A stretch of DNA of 63,967 bases, filler included, from Vicugna vicugna (lineage: Eukaryota), in assembly GCA_013265495.1 (NCBI GenBank). It is 77 parts of 72 records of this genome, joined end to end, with 100 filler letters (N's around TTAATTAATTAA, not from the genome) between each part and the next. Parts side by side here need not be neighbours in the genome. Positions count along the whole stretch, not along the records: positions 36,357 to 37,432 come from MU060180.1; positions 37,533 to 38,044 come from MU060180.1; positions 38,145 to 39,315 come from MU060181.1; positions 39,416 to 39,825 come from PNXW01013206.1; positions 39,926 to 40,649 come from PNXW01013207.1; positions 40,750 to 42,013 come from MU060183.1; positions 42,114 to 42,897 come from PNXW01013216.1; positions 42,998 to 43,739 come from PNXW01013242.1; 69 more parts are not named here. One strand, written 5' to 3'. The notes beneath the pieces are model-generated. The model was not told the origin of the DNA and did not search any database. It saw nothing but the letters and a program-made list of their open reading frames with translations. Both the position numbers and the translations under genes were made by a program. Positions 36,357 to 49,930 of the stretch are shown here, piece after piece (position 1 is the first letter of the stretch; each line of letters begins with the position of its first letter).

Positions 36357-38044
36357 ACAGAGACATTAGGAAAACCCTCAGGGGAGACGAGCACATGTAT
36401 TACCTTAGACCCCATGCGCTGCCGACAGTTGGGGGAACCTCCCCACGCTCATGATTCCGGAACAATTGTCATTGAGTGGGGGAGCTCGAGAGAGAACTAA
36501 ACGCTGCTCTCTTCAGTCACAGGTGTCCCCTGAACTGGGAAGTCCGAGAAAAAATTTCCCTGAACTTGCGGTGGCAACCTCTGTCACTGGGATTTCCTGT
36601 AACNNNNNNNNNNNNNNNNNNNNNNNNNNNNNNNNNNNNNNNNTCAGGGGAGAACAGGCATTCCCTTAGAACCCACGCGCTGTCGACCGTTGGTGGAACC
36701 TCCCCACGCTCAGGATTCCGTAACAATATTCATTGAGTGGTGGAGCTCCAGAGACACCTCCACGCAGCTCGCTTCATTCACAGGTGTTGCCTGCTATGGG
36801 AAGTCCGAGAAATAACTTCCCTGACCTTGGGGAGGCAGCCTCTGTCACTGGGATTACCTGCAACCCCCCCTAGCATTCCCTGGCACAGAGACATAAGGAA
36901 AACCTTCAGGGGAGANNNNNNNNNNNNNNNNNNNNNNNNNNNNNNNNNNNNNNNNNNNNNNNNNNNNNNNNNNNNNNNNNNNNNNNNNNNNNNNNNNNNN
37001 NNNNNNNNNNNNNNNNNNNNNNNNNNNNNNNNNNNNNNNNNNNNNGGAGGCAGCCCACTGGGATTTCCTGCAACAACCCCTAGCATTCCCTGGCACAGAG
37101 TCATGTGGAAAACCCTCAGGGGAGACGAGCACAGGCATTCCCTTAGAACACACGCCCTGCCGAACCGAACGNNNNNNNNNNNNNNNNNNNNNNNNNNNNN
37201 NNNNNNNNNNNNNNNNNNNNNNNNNNNNNNNNNNNNNNNNNNNNNNNNNNNNNNNNNNNNNNNNNNNNNNNNNNNNNNNNNNNNNNNNNNNNNNNNNNNN
37301 NNNNNTGAACTGGGAGAGAAAAAATTTCCCTGAACTTGCGGTGGCAACCTCTGTCACTGGGATTTCCTGTAACCCCCCCTAGCATTCCCTGGCAGAGAGA
37401 CATGAGGAAAACCCTCAGGGGAGACGAGACGANNNNNNNNNNNNNNNNNNNNNNNNNNNNNNNNNNNNNNNNNNNNTTAATTAATTAANNNNNNNNNNNN
37501 NNNNNNNNNNNNNNNNNNNNNNNNNNNNNNNNTGGGAGAGCTCGAGAGAAAACTCCACGCAGCTCTCTTGAGTCAAAGGTGTTGACTGCTCGGGGAAGTC
37601 CGAGAAATACATTCCATGACCTTGGGGAGGTAGCCTCTGTCACTGGGAATTCCTGCAACCACCCCTAGCATTCCCTGGCACAGAGACATTAGGAAAACCC
37701 TCAGGGGAGACGAGCACATGTATTCCCTTAGACCCCATGCGCTGCCGAATGTTGGGGGAACCTCCCCACGCTCAGGATTCCGGAACAATTGTCATTGAGT
37801 GGGGGAGCTCGAGAGAGAACTAAACGCTGCTCTCTTCAGTCACAGGTGTCCCCTGAACTGGGAAGTCCGAGAAAAAATTTCCCTGAACTTGCGGTGGCAA
37901 CCTCTGTCACTGGGATTTCCTGTAACCCCCCCTAGCATTCCCTGGCAGAGAGACATGAGGAAAACCCTCAGGGGAGACGAGCACAGTCATTCCATAAGAA
38001 CACACGCGCTGCCGACCGTTCTTGGAACCTCACCACGCTCAGGA
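36357..38044 (+). repeat. SatA variant subfamily (two scaffolds, 36357-37432 and 37533-38044)
   Basis: Recurring diagnostic monomer AGAACTAAACGCTGC ... CCCCTGAACTGGGA ... AACTTGCGGTGGCAACC. Confidence 0.93.
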
Positions 38045-38144
38045 NNNNNNNNNNNNNNNNNNNNNNNNNNNNNNNNNNNNNNNNNNNNTTAATTAATTAA
38101 NNNNNNNNNNNNNNNNNNNNNNNNNNNNNNNNNNNNNNNNNNNN

Positions 38145-39825
38145 ACCCACGTGCTGCCGACCGTTGGTGGAACTTCCCCAAGCTCAGGAATCCGGAAACA
38201 TTGTCAGTGCATCTTGGAGCAAGAGAGACAACTCCACGCAGCTCTCTTCAGTCACAGGTGTTCCCTGTTCGGGGAAGTCTGAGAAATAACTGCCCTGACC
38301 TTGGGGAGGCAGCCACTGACACTGGGATATCCTGCAAACTCCCCTAGCATTCCCTGGCACAGAGAAATTAGGAAAACCCTCAGGGGAGACGAGCTTAGGC
38401 ATTCCATTAGAACCCACGTGCTGCCGACCGTTGGTGGAACCTCCCCACGCTCAGGATTCCGGAACCATTGTCAGTGCGTGGGGGAGCTCGAGAGACAATT
38501 CCACGCAGCTCTCTTCAGTCACAGGAGTTCCGAGATCGGGGAAGTCCGGGAAATACCTTCCCTGACCTTGGGGAGGCAGCCTCTGACACTGGGATATCCT
38601 GCAAACTCCCCTAGCATTCCCTGGCACAGGGACATTAGGAAAACCGTCAGGGGAGACGAGCTTAGGCTTTCNNNNNNNNNNNNNNNNNNNNNNNNNNNNN
38701 NNNNNNNNNNNNNNNNNNNNNNNNNNNNNNNNNNNNNNNNNNNNNNNNNNNNNNNNNNNNNNNNNNNNNNNNNNNNNNNNNNNNNNNNNNNNNNNNNNNN
38801 NNNNNNNNNNNNNNNNNNNNNNNNNNNNNNNNNNNNNNNNNNNNNNNNNNNNNNNNNNNNNNNNNNNNNNNNNNNNNNNNNNNNNNNNNNNNNNNNNNNN
38901 NNNNNNNNNNNNNNNNNNNNNNNNNNNNNNNNNNNNTTCCGTTAGAACCAACGCGCTGCCGACCGTTGGTGGATCCTCCCCACTCTCAGTATTCCGCAAC
39001 CATTGTCTGTGCGTGGGGGAGCTCGTGAGACAACTCCACGCAGCTCTCTTCATTCACAGGTGTTTCCTGTGCGGGAAGTCCGAGAAATAACTTCCCTGAC
39101 CTTGGGGAGTCAGCCTCTGTCACTGGGATATCCTGCAAACCCACCGAGCATTCCCTGGCAGAGAGATATTAGGAAAACCTTCAGGGTAGACGAGCTTAAG
39201 CATTCCGTTAGAACCCACGCACTGCCGACCGTTGGTGGAACCTCCCCACGCTCAGGATTCCGGAAACATTGTCAGTGCGTGGGGGAGCTCGAGTGAAAAC
39301 TCCACGCAGCTCTCTNNNNNNNNNNNNNNNNNNNNNNNNNNNNNNNNNNNNNNNNNNNNTTAATTAATTAANNNNNNNNNNNNNNNNNNNNNNNNNNNNN
39401 NNNNNNNNNNNNNNNGACCTTGGGGAGGCAGCGTATGTCACTGAGATATCCTGCAAACCCTAATATTATTCCCTGGCAAAGACATATTAGGAAAATCCTC
39501 AGGGAAGACGAGCTTAGGCATTCCGTTAGAACCCACGCGCTTTCGACAGTTGGTGAAACCTCCCCACGCTCAGGATTCCAGAAACATTGTCAGTAGAGCT
39601 CGAGAGACAACTCCACGCAGCTCTCTTCAGTCACAGGTGTTCCCTGTTCGTGGAAGTCTGGGATATAACTTCCCTGACCTTGGGTAGGCAGCCTTGGTCT
39701 CTGGGATATCCTGCAATCACCCCTAGCATTCCCTGGCAATGAGATATTAGGAAATCCCTCAGGGTAGACGTGCTTAGGCATTCCGTTAGAACCCTCGCGC
39801 TGGCGACCGTTGGTGGAACCTCCCC
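38145..39825 (+). repeat. SatA 267-bp satellite (two scaffolds, 38145-39315 and 39416-39825)
   Basis: Tandem SatA monomers. Confidence 0.95.
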
Positions 39826-39925
39826 NNNNNNNNNNNNNNNNNNNNNNNNNNNNNNNNNNNNNNNNNNNNTTAATTAATTAANNNNNNNNNNNNNNNNNNN
39901 NNNNNNNNNNNNNNNNNNNNNNNNN

Positions 39926-42013
39926 CTGAGTTGTGAACATGCGCCTGACTGAATTTCAAACACCCAACAAATTACCTATGCACTTTGATATATTTATATT
40001 GACTTCATAGTTTCTGCCTATCACCAGTTTCAAGAATCACACTTTGATCCCAATAAAAACCTCTTGGAGTGAATTCTACCCTAGAGATATGTAATTTGAA
40101 TCGATTCCATCTACATGATATTCCGTGTTCCGTACATGAATGACTGATTTGACAAACAAGCATTGCTGAGTTGAGAGCATGTGGATTACTAATCTTTCAT
40201 CCTCTATAAAAGGAATATGTTCATCTAGACACGTGTACACTTTTTCACAAACTTTCCCTAACAGTAACTTCAATTCATGCATTTTTCACAGAAAGATTGT
40301 TCTCGCGCGATTTCCACCTAACAGATGTGTAATTTACATGAAATCCAACAACACGGCATTCCGGGTTCCGTACATGCTACATGTATGACGGATTCGGCAA
40401 TCATACGTTTCTGGATTGTGAGCATGTGATTTACTGACCTTTCATCCACCAAACAAGGTGTGTATAGGCTTAGAAATATTTAGTCGAACATCATAGTTTT
40501 TTCTATCACCAGGTTCTAAAATCGAACATTTGGCACCAGAAAAAACTCTTTGAGCGAAATCTCACCAATTCATATGTAATTTGCATAGTTTACATAACCA
40601 CAGCATTCCATATTATGAACATGATTCATGCATCACGGATTCCTCAAACNNNNNNNNNNNNNNNNNNNNNNNNNNNNNNNNNNNNNNNNNNNNTTAATTA
40701 ATTAANNNNNNNNNNNNNNNNNNNNNNNNNNNNNNNNNNNNNNNNNNNNCTTAGAAAGGTTTACTCTGACTTCATAGGTTTTTTCTATCACCGGTTTCTA
40801 TAATCGGACATTTGACACAAGAAAACAGTCTTTGAGCGAATTGTCACCAATATACATGTAATTTACATTGTTTACATAACCATGGCATTCCGTATAACGA
40901 ACATGTTTCATGCATCACGAATTCCTCAAACATGCATTTCTGAGTTGTGAACATCCACATGACNNNNNNNNNNNNNNNNNNNNNNNNNNNNNNNNNNNNN
41001 NNNNNNNNNNNNNNNNNNNNNNNNNNNNNNNNNNNNNNNNNNNNNNNNNNNNNNNNNNNNNNNNNNNNNNNNNNNNNNNNNNNNNNNNNNNNNNNNNNNN
41101 NNNNNNNNNNNNNNNNNNNNNNNNNNNNNNNNNNNNNNNNNNNNNNNNNNNNNNNNNNNNNNNNNNNNNNNNNNNNNNNNNNNNNNNNNNNNNNNNNNNN
41201 NNNNNNNNNNNNNNNNNNNNNNNNNNNNNNNNNNNNNNNNNNNNNNNNNNNNNNNNNNNNNNNNNNNNNNNNNNNNNNNNNNNNNNNNNNNNNNNNNNNN
41301 NNNNNNNNNNNNNNNNNNNNNNNNNNNNNNNNNNNNNNNNNNNNNNNNNNNNNNNNNNNNNNNNNNNNNNNNNNNNNNNNNNNATTCCGGGTTCATGCTC
41401 CATGCATGACGGATTCGACAATCATGCGTTTCTGACTTGTGAGCATGTGGATTACTGACCTTTCATCTTCCGAACATGGCGTATAAAGATTTAGATATAT
41501 TTATTCTGACTTCATAGGTTTTCCCTATCACCAGGTTCTAAAATCGGACATTTGGCACCAGAAAACACTCTTTGAGCGAATTCTCACCAATACACATGTA
41601 ATTTACATTGTTTACATAACCATGGAATTCCGTATTACGAACATGTTTTATGCATTCACGGATTCCTCAAACATGAATTTCTGAGTTGTGAACATGCGCA
41701 TGACTGATGTTTCAACCTCCAAACAAGTTAACCATGCACTCTGAAACATTTATTTTGACTTCGTAGCTTCTTCCTATCACCAGATTCAAGACTCACACTT
41801 TGATCCCAGAAAAACACTCTTGGAGCGAAATCTACCCTAGAGATATGTAATTTGAATAGATTCCATCTACATGATATTACGTGTTCCGTACATGCTACAT
41901 ACATGACGGATTCGACAAACATACTTTACTGAGTTGAGGTCATCTGGATTAAGAATCTTTCATCCTCCATAAAAGGAATATTTTTATCGAGACACGTGTA
42001 CACATTTTCACAA
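39926..42013 (-). repeat. SatC satellite (two scaffolds, 39926-40649 and 40750-42013)
   Basis: Reverse complement of the 741-bp unit. Confidence 0.92.
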
Positions 42014-42113
42014 NNNNNNNNNNNNNNNNNNNNNNNNNNNNNNNNNNNNNNNNNNNNTTAATTAATTAANNNNNNNNNNNNNNNNNNNNNNNNNNNNNNN
42101 NNNNNNNNNNNNN

Positions 42114-42897
42114 AGAGCACAACCCATAACTTCGCTCAAAACCCGACCAAGGAAAATATTCAGGGAAATCAATCTAATGGATCCAATTAGATCCCAGGTG
42201 CTGTTGTCAGTTGCAGGAGCCTCCCCACACTCAGAACCCCAGAACACTTCTTCCTGTGTGTGCTGGGGGTGGGGAAACATAGCACACGCATTTTTCAGGG
42301 GGCACAGTTATTTCACGGTTGTGGGTTGTAGGTCAAACACTCACATCCCATGGATAGGCTCTCGCTAATACTTGGTTTAGAGCCAAATCCCAACTTTCCC
42401 CTGCACACCGGCCTTTTCAATCCATCATGGAAGACAAGTTAAAGTATTGTATTAGAACCCAGGTGCTGCTGTTAGTGGGAAGAACCTCCCCACACTCAAG
42501 ACATCTGAACCCAATTCCGTGTGTGTGCTGGAGGAGGGAAACAGACATTTTTCTGGGGGCACAGGTGTTCCCAGGTTGGGGATGTCGTTAAACACTTCCA
42601 CATCTCATAGAGAGGCACTCGCTATTACTTTGGTTTAGTGTCCAAGCATACCTTTGCTCACAGCCCGGCCTATGGAAACACTCAGGGAAGTCAAGCCAAG
42701 TGATTCTATTAGATCCCAGGTGCTGCTGTCAGTTGGAGGAGCCTCCTCACACTCAGAATACCAGAGAAGTTGTTCATGTGTGTCCTGGAGGTGGGGAAAC
42801 AAAGTCCACGTTTATTTATTGGATCACATGTATTCCCAGGATTGGGATGTACGTAACACTTCCACTGCTCATAGAGAGGCACTCGCTATTACTTTGG
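42114..42897 (+). repeat. SatA2 diverged satellite
   Basis: ATTAGA(T/A)CCCAGGTGCTG at 42186, 42451 and 42708 (periods 265 and 257). Confidence 0.88.
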
Positions 42898-42997
42898 NNN
42901 NNNNNNNNNNNNNNNNNNNNNNNNNNNNNNNNNNNNNNNNNTTAATTAATTAANNNNNNNNNNNNNNNNNNNNNNNNNNNNNNNNNNNNNNNNNNNN

Positions 42998-43739
42998 TGG
43001 TGGATGAAAGATCAGTAATACACGTGCTCACAACTCAGAAACTCATGTTGGCCCAATCAGTTATGTATGTAGCATGTACGGAACCCGGAATGCCATGTTG
43101 TTGGAATTCATGTAAATTACATATCTGTTAAGTGGAAATTGCTCCAGAAGTATTTTTCTGTATTACATGCACTAACTGGAATCTGGTGTTAGAGAAAGCT
43201 GATGAAAATGAGTACACGTAGCTACATGAAGACATTCCTTATATAGAGGATGAAAGATCAGTTATCCACATGCTCTCAAGTCAGGAATGCATGTTTTTCG
43301 AATCCGTCATGCATGAAGCATGTACGGAACACGGAATTCCATGTAGATGGAATCTATTAAATTACATATCTCTAGGTTAGAATTCGCTCCAAGAGAAAAA
43401 AATTCTGGGATCAAAGTGTGATTCTTGAAAATGGTGACAGGGAGAAGCAATGAAGTCTAAGTAAATATTTCAAAAAGAATAGGTACCCTGTTATGCCTGG
43501 AACAGCTGTCATGCGCATGTTCACAACTCAGAAATGCATGTTTAAGGAATCCGTGTTGCATGATATATGTTCAGTATACGGAATTCCATGGTTATGTAAA
43601 CAAATTAAATTATATGTGTATTGGTGGGAATTTGCTCAAAGAGTGATTTCTTGTGCCAAATGTCCGATTTTATAACCTGGTGATAGAAAAAACTTTTGAA
43701 GACATAGTGCATATTTCTAAGTGAATATATGCCTTGTTT
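42998..43739 (+). repeat. SatC satellite, about one full unit
   Basis: Three related submonomers, each with a CA(T/C)G(C/T)TC(A/T)CAA(C/G)TCAG-like motif. Confidence 0.92.
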
Positions 43740-43839
43740 NNNNNNNNNNNNNNNNNNNNNNNNNNNNNNNNNNNNNNNNNNNNTTAATTAATTAANNNNN
43801 NNNNNNNNNNNNNNNNNNNNNNNNNNNNNNNNNNNNNNN

Positions 43840-44445
43840 ATTTAGAACATGGAATGCAGAACACAGAATTTACAATATAAAATATGGAATACTGAATATA
43901 TAATTTAGAATATAGAATATAGAACACAAAATATAGAATATATAATACGGAATGCAGAATATAGAATACAGAATATTGAAATTAGAAAACTGAATATAGA
44001 ATATGGAAAACAGAATACAGAACACTGAATTTAGAAATGGAACGCAGAACACATAATTTAGAATATAGAATACAGAATACTGAATATAGAATATAGAATA
44101 TTGAATGTAGGACACAGAATAACACAGAATATAGAATATAGTATACGGAATGCAAAATATAGTATGTAGAACCTAGAATGAAAAACACACAATATAGAAT
44201 ATAGAATACAGAACGTAGAGCCCAGAATTTGGAACATGGAATGCAGAAAACAGAATTTAGAATATAGAATACATAATACTGAATATAGAATTTAGAATAT
44301 ACAATGTAGAACACAGAATATAGAATATATAAAGGAGAATATAGAACCCAGAATTTACAATATGGAATGCAGTACACAGAATTTAGAATATAATATACAA
44401 AATACTTAATAAACAATTAAAAAAATTGAATGTAGAACACAGAAT
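43840..44445 (-). repeat. SatD 7-bp satellite
   Basis: (nnnnGAA)n, reverse complement of SatD. Confidence 0.92.
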
Positions 44446-44545
44446 NNNNNNNNNNNNNNNNNNNNNNNNNNNNNNNNNNNNNNNNNNNNTTAATTAATTA
44501 ANNNNNNNNNNNNNNNNNNNNNNNNNNNNNNNNNNNNNNNNNNNN

Positions 44546-45466
44546 GGGGAGACGAGCTTAGGCATTCCGTTAGAACAAATGCGCTGCCGAATGTTATTGG
44601 AACCTCCACACGCTCAGTATTCCGGAACCGTTTTCAGTGCGTGGGGGAGCTCGAGAAACAACTCCACGTAGCTCTCTTCAGTCACAGGAGTTCCCTGTTC
44701 GGGGAAGTCCGAGAAATATCTTCCCTGAACTTGGGGAGGTAGCCTCGGTCACTGGGATATCCTNNNNNNNNNNNNNNNNNNNNNNNNNNNNNNNNNNNNN
44801 NNNNNNNNNNNNNNNNNNNNNNNNNNNNNNNNNNNNNNNNNNNNNNNNNNNNNNNNNNNNNNNNNNNNNNNNNNNNNNNNNNNNNNNNNNNNNNNNNNNN
44901 NNNNNNNNNNNNNNNNNNNNNNNNNNNNNNNNNNNNNNNNNNNNNNNNNNNNNNNNNNNNNNNNNNNNNNNNNNNNNNNNNNNNNNNNNNNNNNNNNNNN
45001 NNNNNNNNNNNNNNNNNNNNNNNNNNNNNNNNNNNNNNNNNNNNNNNNNNNNNNNNNNNNNNNNNNNNNNNNNNNNNNNNNNNNNNNNNAGAACCCACGC
45101 GCTGCCGACCGTTGGTGGAACCTCCCCACGCTCAGGATTCCGGAACAGTTTTCAGTGCGTGGGGGAGCTCGAGAGACAACTCCACGCAGCTCCCTTCAGT
45201 CACAGGAGTCCCCTGTTCGGGGAAGTCCGAGAAAAAACTTCCCTGAATTTGAGGAGGCAGCCTCGGGCACTGGGATATCCTGCAATCACCCCTGGCATTC
45301 CCTGGCACAGAGACATTAGGAAAATCCTCAGGGGAGACGAGCTTAGGCATTCCGTTAGAACCCACGCGCTGGCGACCGTTGGTCGAACCTTCGCACGCTC
45401 AGGATTCCGGAACCGTTGTCAAAGCGTGGGGGAGCTCGAGAGACAACTCCACGCAGCTGTCTTCAG
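44546..45466 (+). repeat. SatA 267-bp satellite
   Basis: Tandem SatA monomers. Confidence 0.95.
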
Positions 45467-45566
45467 NNNNNNNNNNNNNNNNNNNNNNNNNNNNNNNNNN
45501 NNNNNNNNNNTTAATTAATTAANNNNNNNNNNNNNNNNNNNNNNNNNNNNNNNNNNNNNNNNNNNN

Positions 45567-46490
45567 TCACAAGCTTTCCCTACCACAAAGTTCGAATTCG
45601 TGAATTTTACACAGAAAAATATTTCTGGAACAATTTCCACCTAACAGATATGTAATTTACATGAATTCCAACAAAATGGCATTCCGGGTTCCGGAAATGC
45701 TACATGTATGACGGATTGGCATTCATGCATTTCTGATTTGTGAGCATGTGGTTTACTGACCTTTCATCCCTCGAACATAGCGTATATAGACTTAGATTTA
45801 TTTAGTCTGACTTCATAGGTTTTTCCTATCACCAGGTTCTAAAATCGGACATTTGTCACCAGAAAACACTGTTTGAGCGAATTCTCACCAATACACATGT
45901 AATTTACATTGTTTACATAACCATGGCATTCCGTATTTTGAACATGTTTCATGCATCATGGATTACTCAAAGAAGAATTTCTGAGTTGTAAACATGCGAT
46001 TGACAGTTGTTTCAACCGCCAAACATGTTACCTATGGACTCTGATATATTTACTTTGACTTCGTAGCTTCTTCCTCTCACCAGTTTCAAGAATCAAACTT
46101 TGATCCCACAAAAACCCTCATGGAGCGAATTCTTGCCTAGAGATATGTAATTTNNNNNNNNNNNNNNNNNNNNNNNNNNNNNNNNNNNNNNNNNNNNNNN
46201 NNNNNNNNNNNNNNNNNNNNNNNNNNNNNNNNNNNNNNNNNNNNNNNNNNNNNNNNNNNNNNNNNNNNNNNNNNNNNNNNNNNNNNNNNNNNNNNNNNNN
46301 NNNNNNNNNNNNNNNNNNNNNNNNNNNNNNNNNNNNNNNNNNNNNNNNNNNNNNNNNNNNNNNNACGTAATAGTAATTTATATGAATTCCATCAACATGG
46401 CATTCGGGGTTCCGTACATTCTTCATGCATGACGGATTTGGCAATCATGCGTTTCTGACTTGTGAGCATGTGGATTACTGACCTGACCTT
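45567..46490 (-). repeat. SatC satellite
   Basis: Reverse complement of the 741-bp unit. Confidence 0.92.
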
Positions 46491-46590
46491 NNNNNNNNNN
46501 NNNNNNNNNNNNNNNNNNNNNNNNNNNNNNNNNNTTAATTAATTAANNNNNNNNNNNNNNNNNNNNNNNNNNNNNNNNNNNNNNNNNNNN

Positions 46591-47039
46591 AGGGAAGTTA
46601 TTTTTCGGACTTCCCCGAACAGGGATCACCTGTGAATGAAAAGAGCTGCGTGGAGATGTCTCTCGAGATCCCCCACGCCCTGACAATGTTTCCGGAATCC
46701 TGAGCGTGGGGAAGTGCCACCAAAAATCGGCAGCACGTGGGTTCTAACGGAATGCCTAAGCTCATCTCCCCTGAGGGTTTTCCTAATGTCTCTGTGCCAG
46801 GGAATGCTAGGGGTTTTGGCGGGTATTCCCAGGAGCGAGGCCTGCCCCCCCAAGACAGTGAGAGAGGCTGCCTCCCCAAGGTCAGGGATGTTATTCCTCG
46901 GACTTCCCCTAACAGGGAACACCTGTGACTGAAGAGAGCTCCGTGGAGTTGTCTCTCAATTTCCCCACGCACTGATAATTTTCCCGGAATCCTGAGCACG
47001 GGGAGGTTCCACCAACGGTCGTCAGCGCGTGGGTTCTAA
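46591..47039 (-). repeat. SatA satellite with a short internal duplication/insertion near 46830-46860
   Basis: SatA match; an extra GAGGCCTGCCCCCCCAAG precedes the normal GAGGCTGCCTCCCCAAG. Confidence 0.9.
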
Positions 47040-47139
47040 NNNNNNNNNNNNNNNNNNNNNNNNNNNNNNNNNNNNNNNNNNNNTTAATTAATTAANNNNN
47101 NNNNNNNNNNNNNNNNNNNNNNNNNNNNNNNNNNNNNNN

Positions 47140-48484
47140 CTCCTCCAAATGACAGCAGTGCCTGGGTTCTAAAAGAATCCCTTACCTTGTCTTTCCTGAT
47201 GGCATACCTAGGCTGGAGAGTGGTGGAAAGTGGGGGTGGGCTCTAAACCAAGTATTAGCGAGAGCCTAGTCATGGGATGTGGGTTTTTAACCTACAACTC
47301 ACAACCATGGAGTAAATGTGCCCCTGAAAGATGCTTTGACTGTTTCCCTACATCCAGCACACACGCGAATAAGTGTTCTGGTATTCTGAGTGTGGGGAGG
47401 TTCCTCAAACTGACAGCAGCACCTGGGTTCTATTAGTATCCCTTAGCTTCTGTTCCCTGAGTGTTCCTTTAGGCCAGGCCATGAGGGAAAGCTGGGGGTT
47501 GGGCTTGGAGGCCAAGTAGCATTGTGTGCCCCCTGATCCACTGAGGAAGTACTTAGAGGACTTCTCCCTAAACGGAACACCTTTTCCTCCATTCATCTGG
47601 GTGCAGTGAGGCTGCACATCTCTCCCANNNNNNNNNNNNNNNNNNNNNNNNNNNNNNNNNNNNNNNNNNNNTTAATTAATTAANNNNNNNNNNNNNNNNN
47701 NNNNNNNNNNNNNNNNNNNNNNNNNNNCCTCCACCAACTGAGAGCAGGGCCTTGGTTCTTATAAAATCGCTTCTCTTGTCTACCCTCTTTGGTTGCCTTA
47801 TACGGAGTGCTGGAGAAAGGGTGGGTTGTGCTCTATATCCCAGTATTAGCGAGTTCTCCTCCATGGGATTTGGAGGTTATTAACCAGAACCCCACAACAT
47901 GGGAATACCTGTGCTCCTTGAAAAAAGCATGGACTCTGTATCCCCACCACCAGAACACACATGAAGAAGTTTTCTGCTATCCTGAGTGTGGGCTGGCAAT
48001 TTCAGGTGACAGAATCGGCTGGGTTCTAATAAAATCCCTTAGGTTCTAATCCATGAGTTTTTCCCTAGGACTGACTATGAGAGAAATCTGGGGGTTGGGC
48101 TTTGATTCCAAATACTAGCGAGTGTCCCCGATGGACTGAGGAAGTCTTTAGATGACTTCTCCATAAAGGGAAACACCTGAGCACCCATTCATCTGCGTGG
48201 AGTGGGGCTTCAAATCACCCCACCACACAAGGTTGGGTTCCAGTATCCTGAGTGTGGGGTAGTTCCTCCAACTGACAACTGATATCAGGGTCTTGGTTTT
48301 AATAGAATCCCTTTGCTTGTCTTCCCTGATGGTTTGCCTAGGCCAGTGTGTGGTTGAATGTATGATTGGGCTCTAAACACTAAGTAGTAGCGTGTGCTTC
48401 TCCATGGGTAGTGGAGATGTTTAAACAACAACGCACAATTTGGGAATTACTGTGACCCCTGAAAAATGCGTGTGCTTTTTCCCC
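47140..48484 (-). repeat. SatA2 diverged satellite (two scaffolds, 47140-47627 and 47728-48484)
   Basis: Diverged SatA-like monomers; segments match 18324-18684 and the reverse complement of 48585-48750. Confidence 0.86.
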
Positions 48485-48584
48485 NNNNNNNNNNNNNNNN
48501 NNNNNNNNNNNNNNNNNNNNNNNNNNNNTTAATTAATTAANNNNNNNNNNNNNNNNNNNNNNNNNNNNNNNNNNNNNNNNNNNN

Positions 48585-49325
48585 GGGTTGTAAGTTAAAA
48601 ACCCACATCCCATGGATAGGCTCTCGCTATGACTTGGTTTACAGCCCAACCCCCACTTTCCCCCACTCTCCAGCTTAGGCATGCCATCAGGGAAGTCAAG
48701 CTAAGGGATTCTATTAGAACCCAGGCGCTGCTGTCATTTTGAGGAGCCTCCCCACAATCAGGATACCTGAGCAAGTCTCCGTGTGTGTGCTGGAGGTGGA
48801 GAAACAGATTCCACGCATCTTTATGGGGCACAGGTGTTAAAAGAGTGGGGAAGTATTTTAAAACCCTCCACTACCCACAGAGTTGCACTCGCTAATACTT
48901 GGCTTTAGAGCCCATCCCCCACCATCGCTTAATGCTAGTCCTAGGAAAACACTTAGGGAATTCAAGCTAAGGGATTCTAATACAACCCAGGTGCTGCTGT
49001 CTGTTGGANNNNNNNNNNNNNNNNNNNNNNNNNNNNNNNNNNNNNNNNNNNNNNNNNNNNNNNNNNNNNNNNNNNNNNNNNNNNNNNNNNNNNNNNNNNN
49101 NNNNNNNNNNNNNNNNNNNNNNNNNNNNNNNNNNNNNNNNNNNNNNNNNNNNNNNNNNNNNNNNNNNNNNNNNNNNNNNNNNNNNNNNNNNNNNNNNNNN
49201 NNNNNNNNNNNNNNNNNNNNNNNNNNNNNNNNNNNNNNNNNNNNNNTCCCACGTGCTCAGTTGTAGGAGCCTCCCCACAGTTAGGATAGCTGAAGAGTTC
49301 TTCGTGTGTGTGCTGGAGTTGGGGA
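48585..49325 (+). repeat. SatA2 diverged satellite
   Basis: Matches 21807-21983 and SatA core motifs. Confidence 0.86.
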
Positions 49326-49425
49326 NNNNNNNNNNNNNNNNNNNNNNNNNNNNNNNNNNNNNNNNNNNNTTAATTAATTAANNNNNNNNNNNNNNNNNNN
49401 NNNNNNNNNNNNNNNNNNNNNNNNN

Positions 49426-49830
49426 GCTGCCGACCGTTGGTGGAACCTATCCTCTCTCAGGATTCCGGAAGCATTTTCAGTACGTGTGGGAGCTCGAGAG
49501 ACAACTCCACGTAGCTCTCTTCAGTCACAGGAGTTCCCCGTTCGGGGAAGTCCGAGAAATTCCTTCCCTGACTTTGGGGAGGCATCCTCGGACACTGGGA
49601 TATCCTGCAAACACCCCTAGCATTCCCTGGCACAGAGACATTAGGAAAACCCTCAGGGGAGACGAGCTTAGGCATTCCGTTAGAACCCATGCGACGACCG
49701 TTGGTGGACCCTCCCCACGCTCAGGATTTCGGAACCATTATCAGTGCGTGGGGGAGCTCGTGAGACAACTCCACGTAGCTCCCTAAAGTCACAGGTGTTC
49801 CCTGTACTGGGAAGTCCGAGAAATAACTTC
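49426..49830 (+). repeat. SatA 267-bp satellite
   Basis: Direct match. Confidence 0.94.
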
Positions 49831-49930
49831 NNNNNNNNNNNNNNNNNNNNNNNNNNNNNNNNNNNNNNNNNNNNTTAATTAATTAANNNNNNNNNNNNNN
49901 NNNNNNNNNNNNNNNNNNNNNNNNNNNNNN

